Positions 38,101-51,980 of a stretch of DNA of 64,000 bases are shown here, in pieces. Under the pieces are notes generated by a model. That model did no database searches and was not told where the DNA came from. It saw only the letters and a program-made list of their open reading frames with translations. How positions within the stretch are numbered: the stretch's first letter is position 1; every line of letters starts with the position of its first letter. The DNA is from Podarcis bocagei. Lineage: Eukaryota. The DNA lies in the NCBI GenBank assembly GCA_964188305.1, contig OZ076889.1, one strand, 5' to 3'. The position numbers and the translations under genes are program-made.

Positions 38101-39648
38101 AAAGTGCCCCATCCCCACCCCGCTGGCCAACTTTCTGTTTGGTGAGTATGGCAGAAGTAGTGGGAAAAATCACTAGAGGAAAGTGTAAGAGTAAGAGAGA
38201 GAATATCTCAACCAGTATGTTTCAGTGTATGATGACAGTTGATATAGGATGGTGTGCATGTGAAGAAACTAATTTTACTAGCAAATACAGCACACCCACT
38301 TCTATCTAATTCTGCACCCTTCTCCCTTTTCACCCTGCTTAGGATTTCTTCAGCAAAAAAAATGTTAGCCAAAGAGTTTTATGGAGGCACTAACTTTTTA
38401 CTAACTCTTCCTCCTGACTTCGGAAAAGAAAATTATGGACATACCCTGTCTTCTAGACCTTTTCTATCCCTGTCCTTTTGCCAATCCATATAATCAAAGG
38501 GCTTTCTGCCACTTTCATTTTTTAAAGCAACCTCAAACCCAGCAAGGTTAAGTTTCAGTAAGATCACATGGCTATGTACTGATTAGGCATGTCTTCCTTC
38601 GTTTTTTAAACAAATCCTAAGCCATGACCAAAAATGTCCGATGTATAGCCCACTAATAATGAAAGGAGAATGCATTTATGTATTACTGAGATGGTAAGAG
38701 ATAGAACAGTAGAGCAGGTTTGATGTCCAGTTTTAACCACAAATAAGTTACTTAAGTGTATTTTTGCAAGTGTGTGATTTTAGGACACTGACAGTATAGA
38801 AATCCATGGGCAAAAACCCTAGAGTTCATTAAAGGTATAGGGTTATAGCCATTCATGAAACAGACTTCCATGTGTGCAACAGAACTTCCCCTTGCTTTCC
38901 TTCCTTCAGCCCCTTGCACACCCTCAAAATCTGATTCAGTGGGTTAGGGGACCCTGTGGAGCAGATTTAGGATGTGCATGTGGGGAGAGGAAGGAGAAGT
39001 CCCATTGTGTGAGCAAATTTTTTTCTTGAGCATTGTTAGTCACATCCCATAAGGATTAGGGCAGATTAAATGTGAAAAAGCAAGGAACGTTGTCCAGCAC
39101 AGTAGCCTTAAAGATATGGGGTAATACTCAAATATTTTTTCATTCAGAGTTGACTCATTGAAACTAAACCATGACTAAATTAGGTGTATTCATTTCAAAC
39201 TCTGCATAAATGTGAGTGAATGCCAGCCCCAGTGTGATGCAAAGTTGCAAAGAGTACTGAGATTCAGTTTTCAGAGGGCACATGCTTGACAGCCATGTGG
39301 AATTTGGACAGGTGAGCATTGCAGTTAATGTTAGGGCAGGGAATTTGGGGAAGACAAAACAAAATATCCATTGGGTCACATCTAACATCACTCACATGAC
39401 AGCATGTCTGCTTCCCCATGGCTCTGCATTCCCATGTGTTCTGGAAGGTCTCTCAATCCTCAAATAAATATTGGGGGAGTGTGGTGCCAAGTGCGAGAGG
39501 CAGGAGAGCAAAAAAGTCCTGTTGCACAAGTGCAAGTCTCTTGTGCTGAGAGATTGGCACCCATGCTTGCTTTTAAATCTAACAACACCTTAAAACATCT
39601 CATGTTTGTATTGTGCTTTGTTTGCTTCTGGAAATGATATGTGAATAA

Positions 39649-39782
39649 GCATTTTAAAAAACTAATAGATTGCAGCAGGAGTTTTCGCAAGCGAGAGTAT
39701 TACTTCATCAGAGGCATGATGAAGAAACACTTGCTCCCAACAGCTTATAAAATACTGTGATGGTGCAATATAAGAGCCTCTC
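39649..39782. mobile_element. Old degenerate inverted Penelope-like pLTR pair with hammerhead core remnant
   Basis: GCATTTTAAAAAACTAA...GAGTTTTCG...ACTTCATCAGAGGC parallels the 18.7 kb element; followed by inverted ATGATGAAG...CAGCTTAT. Confidence 0.45.
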
Positions 39783-42632
39783 TTTTGGTGTAGTAAGGCT
39801 GTTTATAATCTCTGCTACAGCAGACTAATATGGTTAGTCTCCTGGAACCTTCCTTTGAGACAAATACTTTATTTTGTTCAGGTTTAAACTTGGAAGATAC
39901 TATATCCAATAAATTCATGTAGAACTGGCAGTACATTTCTGTTACATTTATTAATGCATGGATAGCCTACATGGTACTCATTTTGGACTGCAACAATTGG
40001 CTAAGGCTGATAGGTGTTTTAGCCCACAGCATCTAGTGGTCACTGCATTTGCTAGCCCTGGATTATCCCATGTTTCAGAATTGTCTACTGAGCATTCATT
40101 CTGATTTGTTTGCAGGGAGCAGGGTCGACCCACCCATGAGATGAGGTGAAGCAGTTGCCTCAGGCAGCAGTTCTGACCTCCAAGGAGCGTGCCACTGCAG
40201 TGTGCCACCACCTATTCCTCTCCAGCCTCCTTTTACTCCCCCACTGCATTCAGCGTAGGGGGTGGCAGAGGAGGAGGAAGAGCCAGGTGGCAAATTCAGT
40301 TTTGCCTCAAGGAGCAAAACATCCTGGGCCAGCCCAGGTAGGGAGGTTAGATACTGTTATGTCAAGCAAATGTTATCGCTCAATTCCCAGTGCATTTTCC
40401 CATCACTTTCCTTATTGCAGAAAGTTCAGTTTTGGGGGTGAGAAAGCAGGTTTGTTGTGCAGAACTCTATATTCACTTTAATTGTGTAACCTAAATTTCC
40501 CAGTCAGTATGTGATTGAAAATAGTGGCACTCTGGAAGAATCTGTGGTGGATATGGAAATGGGGCAGATTTCTATGCAGTTGTGTTTGGATGTCACAGAG
40601 TGCCTGATAACTCTGTTCATTCTCAATGGGGTTCAGCTGGTTTTCCTTTTGAAACCACTTCCTCTTAGTCCCTCCACATGCCTTGGGGTAGTCATTTATG
40701 TGAAATTTTGGGGCTAGTATCAAGCAGGGATTGCAGTGCTAATCTCTACCACTGATTTCCAAGGTTGCAGGAGTATAAAAGACATAGAGTATATGCCACC
40801 CTCAATAATTGTGTTTACTCTAGAACTGCTCAGCATTTTTCTTGCTATAACAAATTTCCTGGTTTTCCCCCCACTTTTTTTTGTATTTTGCATGAAATGA
40901 GGAGGGAAGTTGTCCATAGAGATAAGACTTCTCAATTGTAACTTCCATGGGTAACTTCTTTATCCAATTTCCTAGTTCTAAAGCAGAGATACAAAGGATG
41001 TAGAAAGTTGGGGATACATGAGCTACCTCTCTTATTAGACACGCTAAAAGTGAAATTTACAGAAAGCTTGTAACGTGTAACATTGACATGCGAGTCAACA
41101 TCCCTGTTGCCACATCAAAGGGCTTGTGATCAGTTTGCGGAGAGGCAGGGCTCAACAGCAGCTATTTTATTTGCAGAGAAATAGGCAGTGATTAGAGTGA
41201 ACAGGAAATTTGGTGGTGAGAGGTGGGGAATTCTCAGGCCTCACCCTTCCCCTGGATCAAAGGCTATATCAGTGGTTCTGTCTCACTGGCTTTTAAAGTC
41301 TAATTGGGAAAAACTAATCATGTCCTATGCAGGCTGTATCACACTGGGTTGGAAACTGTATTGCTGTAGTGAACAAGGCAGGAGATGGCTGCCTTACAGT
41401 CATTCTGTTGTGTGTATTTTTACTTCACTCCCAAATCTAAAAATAACAGCTTCATATGTGGTGAGTGGCCTTCAAAGGGAAGATCCACAGCTCAGTGGAT
41501 AGAGCTTGTGTTTTTTCAAGGTGCCAGGTCTATTATCTTTATCTGACATCTCTTAAAAGCAGCCTTATCTAACCTTGAGTCCCCTTATGTTTAACTAAAT
41601 GCCTGTCGAATCCACTCAGCATTGCCAAGGGGCAGAGACGATCGGAATGGTAGTCCCAACATCATCTAGGGACCCAAGGATTGCTTAAAGCTATCTTAAA
41701 TGCTCATGGGTTGCAGAACTGGAAAACACCAAACGTTTCTGCCTGAAACTGGACAGCTGCTGGCTTCATAGGCAATATTAGCCGAGATGGACCATTTTCT
41801 GATTCAAGACTGACTAAACTTGGTGATTCTAGTCCAGAGTCTGCTTCAGTCATATTTGATAACCAAATATTTTTATCATTGTCATTTGTCTCATGATGGA
41901 AGGTTCTTAAAGATAACCAGCTTTCAGTAATTCTAATTTGAAGGGGTATCAGCCTCCCTGCTTCACCTGAGCAACTATGGCTGCAATCCAAAACACATTT
42001 ACCAGGGCGTAAGCACCATTGAACATGTTGGAAGTTGCTTCTGAATAAACTTGGGCAGGCTTTTGCCATATTCTGCATTACATTTTTTGTGCTTTGGCCT
42101 AAAAACGGGAGACATGGTTGAGGCTTGAAGGGAATCCTGAGCAAAGGTTGCTACAAGGTAGATAAACAGTCCTTTTTGCTTCTTACCTGATATAGGTATT
42201 TTGAGATCTAGGGCTGAAAAACAACTCTGCCTTAAACTAATGAACAAAACAAGCAGTGACCTTGGTTGTTAATACTAATTGTGTCCAGAGGTGGTTGTAT
42301 GTTACACCATCAACATATTTAGGGTGCTGCAGGTGACTCCTCTACACAGGGCACTGAGGCGAGGCGGCACTTGAGTTCCCACTATGTGTAGTGCACTTGA
42401 GAACATGCACAGAATGGAAGGAAAGAGTGGGGAAGGCACCAAATAAATATTCAGCCAAAGTCCGCCCCTGGTTACACACAGCTGGCTATAATATCAAAAG
42501 TATGGTATAAGAGAAATGCCATGAATGTGCTATTCTTCCCCCGTTGTGTAATGTAATGAATTTCAGCTTGTTTTCTTTTTTTTAAAAAAAAAGAACTCAA
42601 ACTGCATTAGTCATACGCATTTCTGTCTTTAG

Positions 42633-42754
42633 TGCTTCAGAACCACGCCCAGCAGGCCTTGAAGAGTCAGATCAGCCACCATTACCAGGAGAGCAAGGTA
42701 TAAATTTGGATAACACTGGACATAAGCTTTCGGACTTCACAAACAGGCCACCAG
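42633..42754 (+). CDS. NCOA6: NCOA6 coding exon 8
   Basis: ctgtctttag|; ASEPRPAGLEESDQPPLPGEQGINLDNTGHKLSDFTNRPP; |gtgatg; 122 nt, phase 2-1. Confidence 0.94.
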
Positions 42755-43102
42755 GTGATGAACATGTTTTCATTATTTTTAATGTACTCTTTATATACAA
42801 TAGTATCGTTTACTGTGCTTCATTCATTGCTTATTAAGACTGAACCTAAATTTGGTATTCCTACTACTTGTATGTACACTGACAGAGACTGCATCACATG
42901 TTAGTTAATCGGGTCCATGTAGCATACCTTCACCCACTTCAAACTTATTTTATTGTTTTCCCCCACAAAACAAACATTACATTGTTATCCGGTATCACAA
43001 CTTGCATTCCATATTTGCCATAACTAGACAATACAAAAGAGGCCAGTTTTAGTGACATCTTGCAGATTTTTGATACAAGAATGTTTCTATTTATCTCTAT
43101 AG

Positions 43103-43170
43103 GCTACACAGCCCAGCCAATGGAACAAAGAGCTCTTCAGCAAATACCTCCTCAGCTTTTGCAGCATGGA

Positions 43171-43201
<31 letters not shown>

Positions 43202-46072
43202 CCACATCTCAACAGACACAGTCCCAGCAGCAACAGATGATGATGATGCTCATGATGCAGCAAGACCCTAAATCTGTCAGGCTTCCTGTTTCCCAAGGTG
43301 TCCATCAACCTAGAGGCCCTCTGAATGTAGACTCACAAAGAATGTCAATGCAGCAGGGGGGCAACATGTCGGTGATGGTTAATCTTCAAGGTCCTGGTTC
43401 TGTGCCTCCATCTCCTGACAAGCAAAGGATCCCAATGCCAAACAACCAGCCTCTTGTGAACAGTGCACGAAAGATGGTTTACCCAGATAATGCACAGAAT
43501 CCAACCAGCTCTCCACTGGGAGAAGTTTCATCAGTGCCCTCTGTTTCAGAAGGAAATGGGCCTGAAGTCCCTTTAGCATCTGGGCCTCAAAATAATATAG
43601 CACCCCACTTAGTAGTTTCACAGAACCAGTTAATGATGGCAGGGCCAAAACCTGGACCTTCTCCAATGTCAGCTCCTCAAGGTACAAGCCCTCAGCAGCA
43701 GTCTAATTCTCTTACTGGCCCTCACCCGCATCATTTTCAGAATGTTCCTACCACATCACAAACATCAAGACCCAAAACTCCAAACAGGGCAAGTCCAAGA
43801 CCATACTATCCGCAAACTCCCAATAACCGTCCACCAAGCACAGAGCCATCAGAAATAAGTTTATCTCCAGAGAGGCTCAATGCTTCTATTGCAGGCCTCT
43901 TTCCTCCTCAGATTAATATTCCTTTGCCTCCCAGGCCCCATCTTAATAGAGGATTTGATCAGCAGGGTCTTAATCCAACCACTTTGAAGGCTATTGGGCA
44001 AGCACCCTCAAATCTTGCAATGAATAGCCAATCGAGTTTTGTTTCACCACAAGCACATAAGTTGGACTCCATGGCTATTAATTCAGGAAAGCAAACCAAT
44101 GCTTGTGGAGCAAAGCGAGCCAGTCCAAGTAACAGCAGAAGGTCCAGCCCTGGATCCAGTAGGAAAACAACACCAAGCCCTGGGAGGCAGAACTCAAAAG
44201 CAACCAAGTTAGGTTTGACATCTCAGCAGAATCCAGGGCTCATGCAAAACATAGATTTACAAAGAAGTATGATGGTCGGTCCAGCCTCTTTGCAAATGCC
44301 TACGCCTGGAAGTTTTCAGAATAATGGTATGATAGCTGCCCAGAATCCTGCAATCCCTGTATCAGTCATGAGTGGTATTCCTGAGGATAATAAAGATGGC
44401 TTTAGTGCCCCTCAAGAGAGTGTGTGCCAGAATATGCAGGTTGCCCCAGTGAACAAAGATCAGCGCAACATTGAGCTGAAAGGCGTTCCCAGTCAAGAAA
44501 TTAAAATACTGGTCCATGAAGAGCAACAGAAGAGGGAGGTCCCTCCCATAGAATCTAACAAGCTTCCCAGTCTGGAAGAAAACAAGAATCTTATCTCTCC
44601 AGCTATGCGGGAGGCACCAACATCCTTAAGTCAACTTCTTGACAATTCTGGGGCTCCTAATGTTACCATTAAACCTCCTGGTCTCCCTAGCCTTGAAGTG
44701 CCTCCACCAGTGACTTATGCAGAGGAATTCAAAAAGATTGCTGCCATTCCTCCTCCCCAACAGGATCCTCCTTCTAGTAAAGACTCTGTCTGTTCCCTAA
44801 GTTTACCTGCAAATACTGAAGCCTGTTCAACTCAAGTGCAACAAGATCTGGGTGACATAAATTCAAGTGTTTCCCAGAATATTTCTCCAGTAATACAGAG
44901 GCCTGTTAGCTCTGCTTCTATTTCTACATCACTCCCACCCAATCAGATAACAGTATTTGTAACTTCCAACCCTATTACATCATCATCTAACACGCCTGCA
45001 TCATTGCCCTCTCATCTACAGTCTACATTAATGCCTGCTGTCGTCACCATGCCTAGTGTTGGCAATAAAGTTATTGCTTCTGAAGGACAAACCACAGTTC
45101 AGTCCAATGCTCGGCCTCAGTTCATTACGCCAGTTTTTATAAATTCATCCTCAATAATTCAGGTTATGAAAGGATCCCAGCCAAGTACAATTCCTGCAAC
45201 CCCAATGACTTCTAATTCTAGTTTAATACCACAGTCTGTTGCAGTTGTTGGCCCTTTGCATTTGTCCCAGAATATAAAATTCTCATCAGGGCCTGCTCCT
45301 CCTTGCTCGTCTTCTAATACTCCTATCTCAAGTATACCAACAAGTCGGCCAGTGGTTATTAATTCATTGCCATCTCCTATTCAGCTTCCTTCTCCCTCAT
45401 TAATGGCTCCTTCAAGCACTTCTCCGCATCCTTCCATTCAGCAAGTCAAAGATTTCAACCCAGAGGAGTTAAGTTCTCAGACGTCAACATCTGACTCTAA
45501 TGCTGAAGCAACCTCACAGCCTGGAGCTGTGGTCTCCCCATCTGGTGATCAGAGCCCTGGATCTTCTGTCAACAGACGAAGTCCAGTTTCATCTACAAAG
45601 GGAAAAGGGAAGGTGGACAGAATTGGTCAGTTTTTGCTGACAAAAGCATGCAAGAAAGTCACAGACTCAGTTGACAAAGGGGATGATCAATACGGTGTGG
45701 AAAGAGAAGTGGAAGGTCAAGGACAAGACATTTCAATCATCAACAGTCTGGAAATGGAACAGTTACCAGTAGAACTAGAAGACAATATGGTGGCCTCTCC
45801 GGGTCCCACTCTTTTGAAACAAAGCACTTCCGGAACTGGCCATTTAAGTGCTAGTACTACTGCCGCTGTTTCTGCCTCTGTATCTCTAAGCTTACCAGGT
45901 AGCACTCCTTCCACTAACGTTCTTTCAGTTGTAACCACTCCAGTGATCTCTGACATCCTAACCACAATTCCAAGCACTAATGGTAACACCTGCAGTTTAC
46001 CTGCGGAGCAGGTTGGGATTGGACCAGAAGATGAGAAAACAGAAGACCATCATGAATCGCCACAGAATAAGG
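43103..46072 (+). CDS. NCOA6: NCOA6 coding exon 9 (giant exon: polyQ, LxxLL-2, S/T/L-rich region)
   Basis: ctctatag|; 2970 nt open; QQQMMMMLMMQQDPKSVRLP, RASPRPYYPQTPNNRPPSTEP, PTSLSQLLDN (LSQLL at 44626-44640); G|gtatgt. Confidence 0.97.
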
Positions 46073-47072
46073 GTATGTACTCATAAACATATTGGGCTGT
46101 TATTCCATTCACTCTGTCGCCAAAAATCCAATTCTGCAAATATGAATTAAGGATGGGTCATGGTGACGAGGAGGGAGTTGTGTGTGGACATGTGAGTGTG
46201 TTGTGTTGAGGCCTAGAACAGTAGAACTGGAACAATTGGAAGAAGGAATCTCTTACAATAAGCTCTGTTTCTCAAGTTAAATGTAACAATACCTACAATA
46301 TTTAAACATTGCTTTAAAAAGCATTTTAGTCAAAGTATTGCAAATCCCTCTGATCAAAGATTGAGCGTTAGTAATGATAGCAGTGCAATAGCATTTGAAT
46401 AACTTATTGAACAACACTATTCAAATGATGAATTCTGTTCTAGAGTGTAATCTGAGAGCCTTCCAAATTTATTGCTTCTGCAGCATAGTGGAAAGATCTT
46501 TATATAATGCCTCTGATTCCTCTGGTTTCTCACTTGTCTCAGGTTTATTTGTCCTCTGTAACAAGTAAAATAATGTGATGAGTATTTGAAAATACATACC
46601 TCTGATGAACAAAGTTACATAAGAAAAAAGCTAATCCAAATGTTCCATATATACTGGGGATATTGAAAATGTCTGCTTTTATACTAAATTTTGTAAATAA
46701 ACCAAACACTATAATAATGGATCAAAGTGAAATCAGTGCATAGAATTGGCATTCCATAGCATCCATGTTTATACAATAGTTTTCCCCCCCCCCCATTGCT
46801 TAAACAAGATACTAAGAAGGCCTTAAATGCTTTGGGGGGGGGGTTGTTTCATTGTTTTCAGATACTTTTGTCTCCTTGACTTATGGCATACCTTGGGGCT
46901 ATCAATGATATACCTTTAGTTTTCTGCTTAGCATAGGGTTTTCCACTTTGGGGGCATTCATATCTTGCAGTGTGATACAGAGCAGTCTGTATTTTCCAGA
47001 TACTTGTATTCCTTGTTTGTATTTCTTAAGACTGAAAAGTGCATTGGTAGCTTCTTATCTATCTTGTTTCAG

Positions 47073-47126
47073 CCTCTTTATCCCAGACTCCAATTGCAAC
47101 ACCAGAAAGTAGTGTTCAAAGAACAG
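47073..47126 (+). CDS. NCOA6: NCOA6 coding exon 10 (small)
   Basis: cttgtttcag|; ASLSQTPIATPESSVQRT; G|gtatgt; 54 nt, phase 1-1. Confidence 0.75.
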
Positions 47127-48288
47127 GTATGTTTTCCCTTAGACTAAATAGCATATATGTTTATAGGGAAATATATATGTGCATAAAACTCTTCCCTGTA
47201 TTTTATGTTATCTGCAAGATGGAGTTTTAATTTATATTGGAAGAAATACTGTATGTAGTCACAGTATTACACTGAAGAGTTCAAAAATAATGTATCACAT
47301 GGACACAGTTTTGACACTGGTCAGAGCAAAGGAAGTGTACTGCAATAGTTTGCAGCTGTATTAGTTTTGGATTGTTTATGCACAAATTATTTTAAAATGA
47401 ACAATAAATTTAGGAGTTATGGGGATGAGATTAGAAGCAGTTTATCACAAGGTAAAGAAAAACCTGAATTAAGCTGGTTATGTCTGCTGTTTGGGGTGAG
47501 GAGCGATAGGCATTCTGTTCTTCAGAGGATGATCTGGGGAACACTATCTGATCTCATCTCAAGTGATCAAGCTCCATAATAAAACTGGCAGCATCTAGCA
47601 ATATGGACATCACAGTTATACTCAAAATTCAAAGCTAAATGTAACAGTGATAAATCATTACAAGTTGAAAGCATGCTTTCTTTTCTTTAAAAGTAGGTAA
47701 ATGTATTCTAGTCAGCTTAACACACATTTAACTAGTGCACATTCAGCTTTAAGTGCGGGGCAAAAATAAAAATTAAAAAAATCAGGAAGGGAGTGGGGTT
47801 TCAGGAAAAATGACTTTGGCAGTCCCACCTCCCCTTGAACCCAATGGGTTTTGACTATACTATACATGATTTTGGCTTTAGGTATGATCCCCGGAACGTA
47901 ACCCCTGTATAAGTTGCAGGCTTACTGTACTACACTTTGATTAAAAGTTGACAGGGTTGCACTTCATCTGATCTCTGCTTGGTTTATAGCACTTACTTAG
48001 ACAGGGAATGGGAGTTGGTAGGGGCAGAAGTGTTGCAAAGATGATCTGGTGAATTGTGCATATCAGGCCCATTGAAGTCTGAAGTGACCTCCATTTCCTT
48101 AGATCAAGACTTATGTGATACATGATGAGGCTACTAATGTCTACTTAGATTTGTCATGATGAAATATTGCTAGTATTATACCTATCACTTATTCTCAGAG
48201 TAGCAGTTAGATTTCTTAATGATACCCATTTTCTTTTCTTTTCTATAAGCTTCAGCAGGAGAGTAACCCCTCCATTTATCTGTTTCAG

Positions 48289-48328
48289 AACTGGAATCAA
48301 ATTCTGCAATTATTTCTGGCCTGGTTAC
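48289..48328 (+). CDS. NCOA6: NCOA6 coding exon 11 (small)
   Basis: ctgtttcag|; ELESNSAIISGLVT resembles mammalian ELEVNAAIVSG; |gtaagt; 40 nt, phase 1-2. Confidence 0.8.
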
Positions 48329-49175
48329 GTAAGTAATTCACTATGGAATGATAGTAAAAGAGAAGTAATTTCTGTTCTTGGTTTATGTAGAAATGTGTAT
48401 TACATAACTTTAAAGTGTTATGTAATTTCTCTCTCCTTGGCCTTAGAGAAATCTGCCTAACACAGAGGAAAAGTGCAAACTGGTGGCTGATTCCTGCAAA
48501 GACTTGCATGTGAACCTAATTTAGCACCCTGCATTTATTTCAGTTAGTGACATAGGTTAGGGCTCCTATGAAAGCAAGAATGCATCTTCCCAGGGTGTGC
48601 TAATTGTATCCAACGTTAGTCCTACGCAGAGCAGATCCATTCAAGTTAATAAGCATTCCTTTTTTAGGTTCATTAATTTCAGTAGGTCTACGAGTAAAAT
48701 TTAGCTAGATAGAACCCATTCTGTTAAATAGCCTAACACTCATAATTATACCTTTCAGTCAAATGTACTGAACTATAGAGTCTTCCCCTAGACTGGACCA
48801 AAACATCTAGGACTAAGGGCTGAACGTTCCCCCTTTGGTTCCTTTCTCAAAAGACCAAAATGCATCTTGCCTGGCTTTTCTGTGGCAAGAGCATTTTGCT
48901 TCCAAATAATGATACTTGACATCCCTTCATTTTGAAGAGGAATGTAGTTTCTGGACACTAGTCCCGGCACTGTGTTCCATATGTTCAAATGACCGGACCT
49001 ATGTTTTTATTTATAAAAGTAGCTCTGTTCTTGGTTCCTTGTATTGTCACCTACTAATATTTCTCGAAGCATACAAAGCAAGAAACGTTAGTGCTGATGT
49101 TGCAAGGCTATCTTCCTGTGTTTCTTGTACCATGAATTGTATGTTAACACACAGCTCTTGTATCACTTTTATCAG

Positions 49176-49324
49176 AAATGAGCCGAAGGAGAGCTGCGAA
49201 AAGGCTAAAACTCCGAGCAGAAGAAATTCAAGGACAGAGGAATCTTCAGCAGTGCAGGAGACTGTAGAGAATGGGCAGCGCAAGAGGTCCTCCAGACCAG
49301 CATCAGCATCCAGCACTGCAAAAG
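49176..49324 (+). CDS. NCOA6: NCOA6 coding exon 12
   Basis: ttttatcag|; NEPKESCEKAKTPSRRNSRTEE...ENGQRKRSSRPASASSTAK; |gtaaga; 149 nt. Confidence 0.94.
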
Positions 49325-49934
49325 GTAAGATGCTCAGTTGTTCTCACCCAGTATGTTCCCTTTGGCTTAGAGTTAATTTAATGAGGTGTCAAAATTATAG
49401 AACTAGGAATGAAAAGGAAACAATTTTATTGCATCCAGTTTTATTGTTTTTTTACCTTTCTCTTTTCCATTCTGAAGGTCTTCTAAAATATTATATGCAG
49501 TGCCCATTAACACAGCAAATAGCTTGAAAAGTCACTTTGCAAATCTTAAATAGATGGAATATTTAAGGATTAGAAGATATTTTCACTCTAAAATATGAAA
49601 GGCAGAAGACAAAACCTTGCCTCTCTCTGCAAAATTGGTTTTGCAGATGAATGAATTTACTTATACTGTTCATGCTTGTCTGTAGACATCAGTATACATG
49701 AAAGCAAACTGTGCTGTTCCATCAGGTGTTCCCCAGCCTGGTGCCCTCCAGACAGGGCCGGTCCACCTGTGAGGCAAGTGTAAGACCATTTTCTGAGAAC
49801 TTAGTAGACTGACTGGACAGACCTTAAAACAGAAAATATTAGTATGGTTAATACAGCATGATCCCCTTCTCCCTCTAGTTTATTTTTTATTTGTTTAATT
49901 AATAATCTTCCAAACTGCTTTCACCCCCCAACAG

Positions 49935-49981
49935 AAACAAATGCAAGTGTTATGCAGTCAAAAAGAAGAAAATCCAAATGA
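49935..49981 (+). CDS. NCOA6: NCOA6 last coding exon
   Basis: ccccaacag|; ETNASVMQSKRRKSK*; QSKRRKSK is the NCOA6 C-terminus. Confidence 0.94.
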
Positions 49982-50544
49982 AGTACTGAGTGGATATTCA
50001 AGGCTTGTAAATGTGTGAATTTTTTTACCGATAGCAGTTCTGAGCTGTGATTTCTCACTATATATAAAAACGAAAAAAACAAACAAAAACTAAACAAAAA
50101 CTCTAAAATTCTGTACAGTAATTAATTTTACTATGATCCTGTTCCCAGTAAATGCAAAGTTTCTTTTTTCTGAAGACTAAATGATGAGTTGGGGGAATCA
50201 GGTTATTTGTTAAATTCTCTGGTTTTATAAAGTCTATACATAGCACACTAGATTTAGCGTGTTGTAAAGAATCTGAGGAGATAATTGTAAATTTTTATCT
50301 ACGTTTTCACTTTTCATAGGAGAAACTAGAGTACAGGGTTGTCATGTTTTTTTTAGATATAAAAATGATGTATTGTGCTGTTGGTCAAGTACTGTATGTG
50401 AATAGCAGTTAAAAGGGTTATATATGGCCCAATCTTGGAAATGTAAATAGTTTTATTATATGGTAGGCTTGATGTATTTGTTGTAGAAAAGGACCAGTGG
50501 AAAAAATGAGAGAGTTTGTGAAATGTGGATTACCTAGTGCTCTA

Positions 50545-50550
50545 AATAAA
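50545..50550 (+). terminator. NCOA6: NCOA6 polyadenylation signal
   Basis: AATAAA about 560 nt after the stop, followed by GT-rich TTTGTATTGTATGTT; TGTAAATA element upstream at 50442. Confidence 0.75.
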
Positions 50551-50979
50551 TGTCATCGATCTATATTTGTATTGTATGTTATTTAACACCAGCATCCTTT
50601 TACATTGGGTATGGGTTACTGGGGAGTTCAGGGACAACATCAGTAAGAGAAGTGCTTTCTAGTTCTGGAACCTCAATAACTTGTTAAGCCATGTTTTTTA
50701 AAAATATGAAGCAGCCGAACTCCTTGGTATCATAGGGCAGATCTATTCAAATCTCTCGTCCTTCACTGTCTTTGTTACTCCTTCCTTTACTTGGTTCACT
50801 TCCAGCCAGGCTTGTGATGTGTGGAACCAAGGATATAGGTCTAGAGCAATGTTTCCCAAACTTGGGTCTCCAGTTGTTTTTTGACTACAATAATCCCTAG
50901 CTAGCAAGACCAGTGGTCTTCAGAGTAATACTGTATACGTGACCATTTTCTGTTGGTTGTTGAGTGTTGGAACACTAGC

Positions 50980-51322
50980 CATAGGCGCCGACTCCATGGG
51001 GCCTGAGGGGGCCCGAGCCCCCTCAGAAATTCGTTTGGGGGGGCTCTGCCCCCCCCAATAATCTCGGGCGCCTCTCCAGCAGAGCGCCACCGCCGCCCCT
51101 CCCCCAGCCCAAAATGCACAGGGTCGGGCTGCATGCCTCCTGCCCTCCCTCCCGAGCAAAAGCTCCACCCAATTTCCTTCGGAGCTGATTAATAGGCGCA
51201 GCACGCTCTCCCCTATTCGCTCACGAGGAGGCGGTGCCACTTTATCTGCATATTCATGAGCTTATTAATTATTCATGAGCTTTCGCGGGCTCCCCCAATA
51301 TTTTTTATAAGTCGCGCCCCTG
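50980..51322. mobile_element. Young GC-rich hAT-type MITE
   Basis: TIR CATAGGCGCCGACT / AGTCGCGCCCCTG; perfect 8-bp TSD ACACTAGC at 50972-50979 and 51323-51330. Confidence 0.85.
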
Positions 51323-51980
51323 ACACTAGCTGAGCTATATCCTGGGTTTTGAGAGTGGAGGCTGCTTCTCAGGAATGCTTGCTTTCTGGGAACATTTAAA
51401 GCAGTAGTAACCAATGTGGAACTCTCCACATGTTGTTGGACTACAACACCCATCATTCTCAGCCAGCATTGTCAGTAGTCAGAAATAGTGCAACAAAGTC
51501 TAGAGGGCATCACATTAACTCACCATGCCTTAAAAGTACACTTCAGGACTATGTGCCTCTGCTCCTCTCACTGATCTTCCTGTCCTCATGCATGTAACAA
51601 AATTAAACTCTCACAGTAGATGTGTTATGCTTTACTCCTTTACTCTATACAAATAATATCTTCTGCAAGAGTTGGAAACAGAATTGTAGATTATCACGGT
51701 CACATTAATTTTGCTTGTCTCTTGTCCCAGTTGGGTCAAACCCCATTATGCTGGATTTTGTAGTGCTTCAAGCAATTCCTAGGGGAAACTGAAATAAATT
51801 CCCTGAAGTAGAACTAGCATTTTTGAAATGTATATGTGTACTACTCAAGTGTGTGGTTGTTGTGAGCATCTGCTGAGCAGTGATCATTGCAAGTTAAAAA
51901 GTCTCTCTTCCCCACCCAAAGCATTCTTAAAACTGTGAATAGAAGTGTCTTTAAAAAGGAAAAAGTGAAATCTTACCATA

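Noticed and set aside
41105-41125. TCF/LEF site ACATCAAAGG and scattered AP-1 TGACTCA sites
   Set aside because: Short motifs expected by chance in 64 kb; no independent support
48119-48200. Possible C/D snoRNA (two ATGATGA boxes); similar motifs near 46423 and 46574
   Set aside because: No correctly placed terminal CTGA D box or terminal stem
48916-49527. 203-aa ORF
   Set aside because: Only 49176-49324 is a real NCOA6 exon; the rest is open intronic flank
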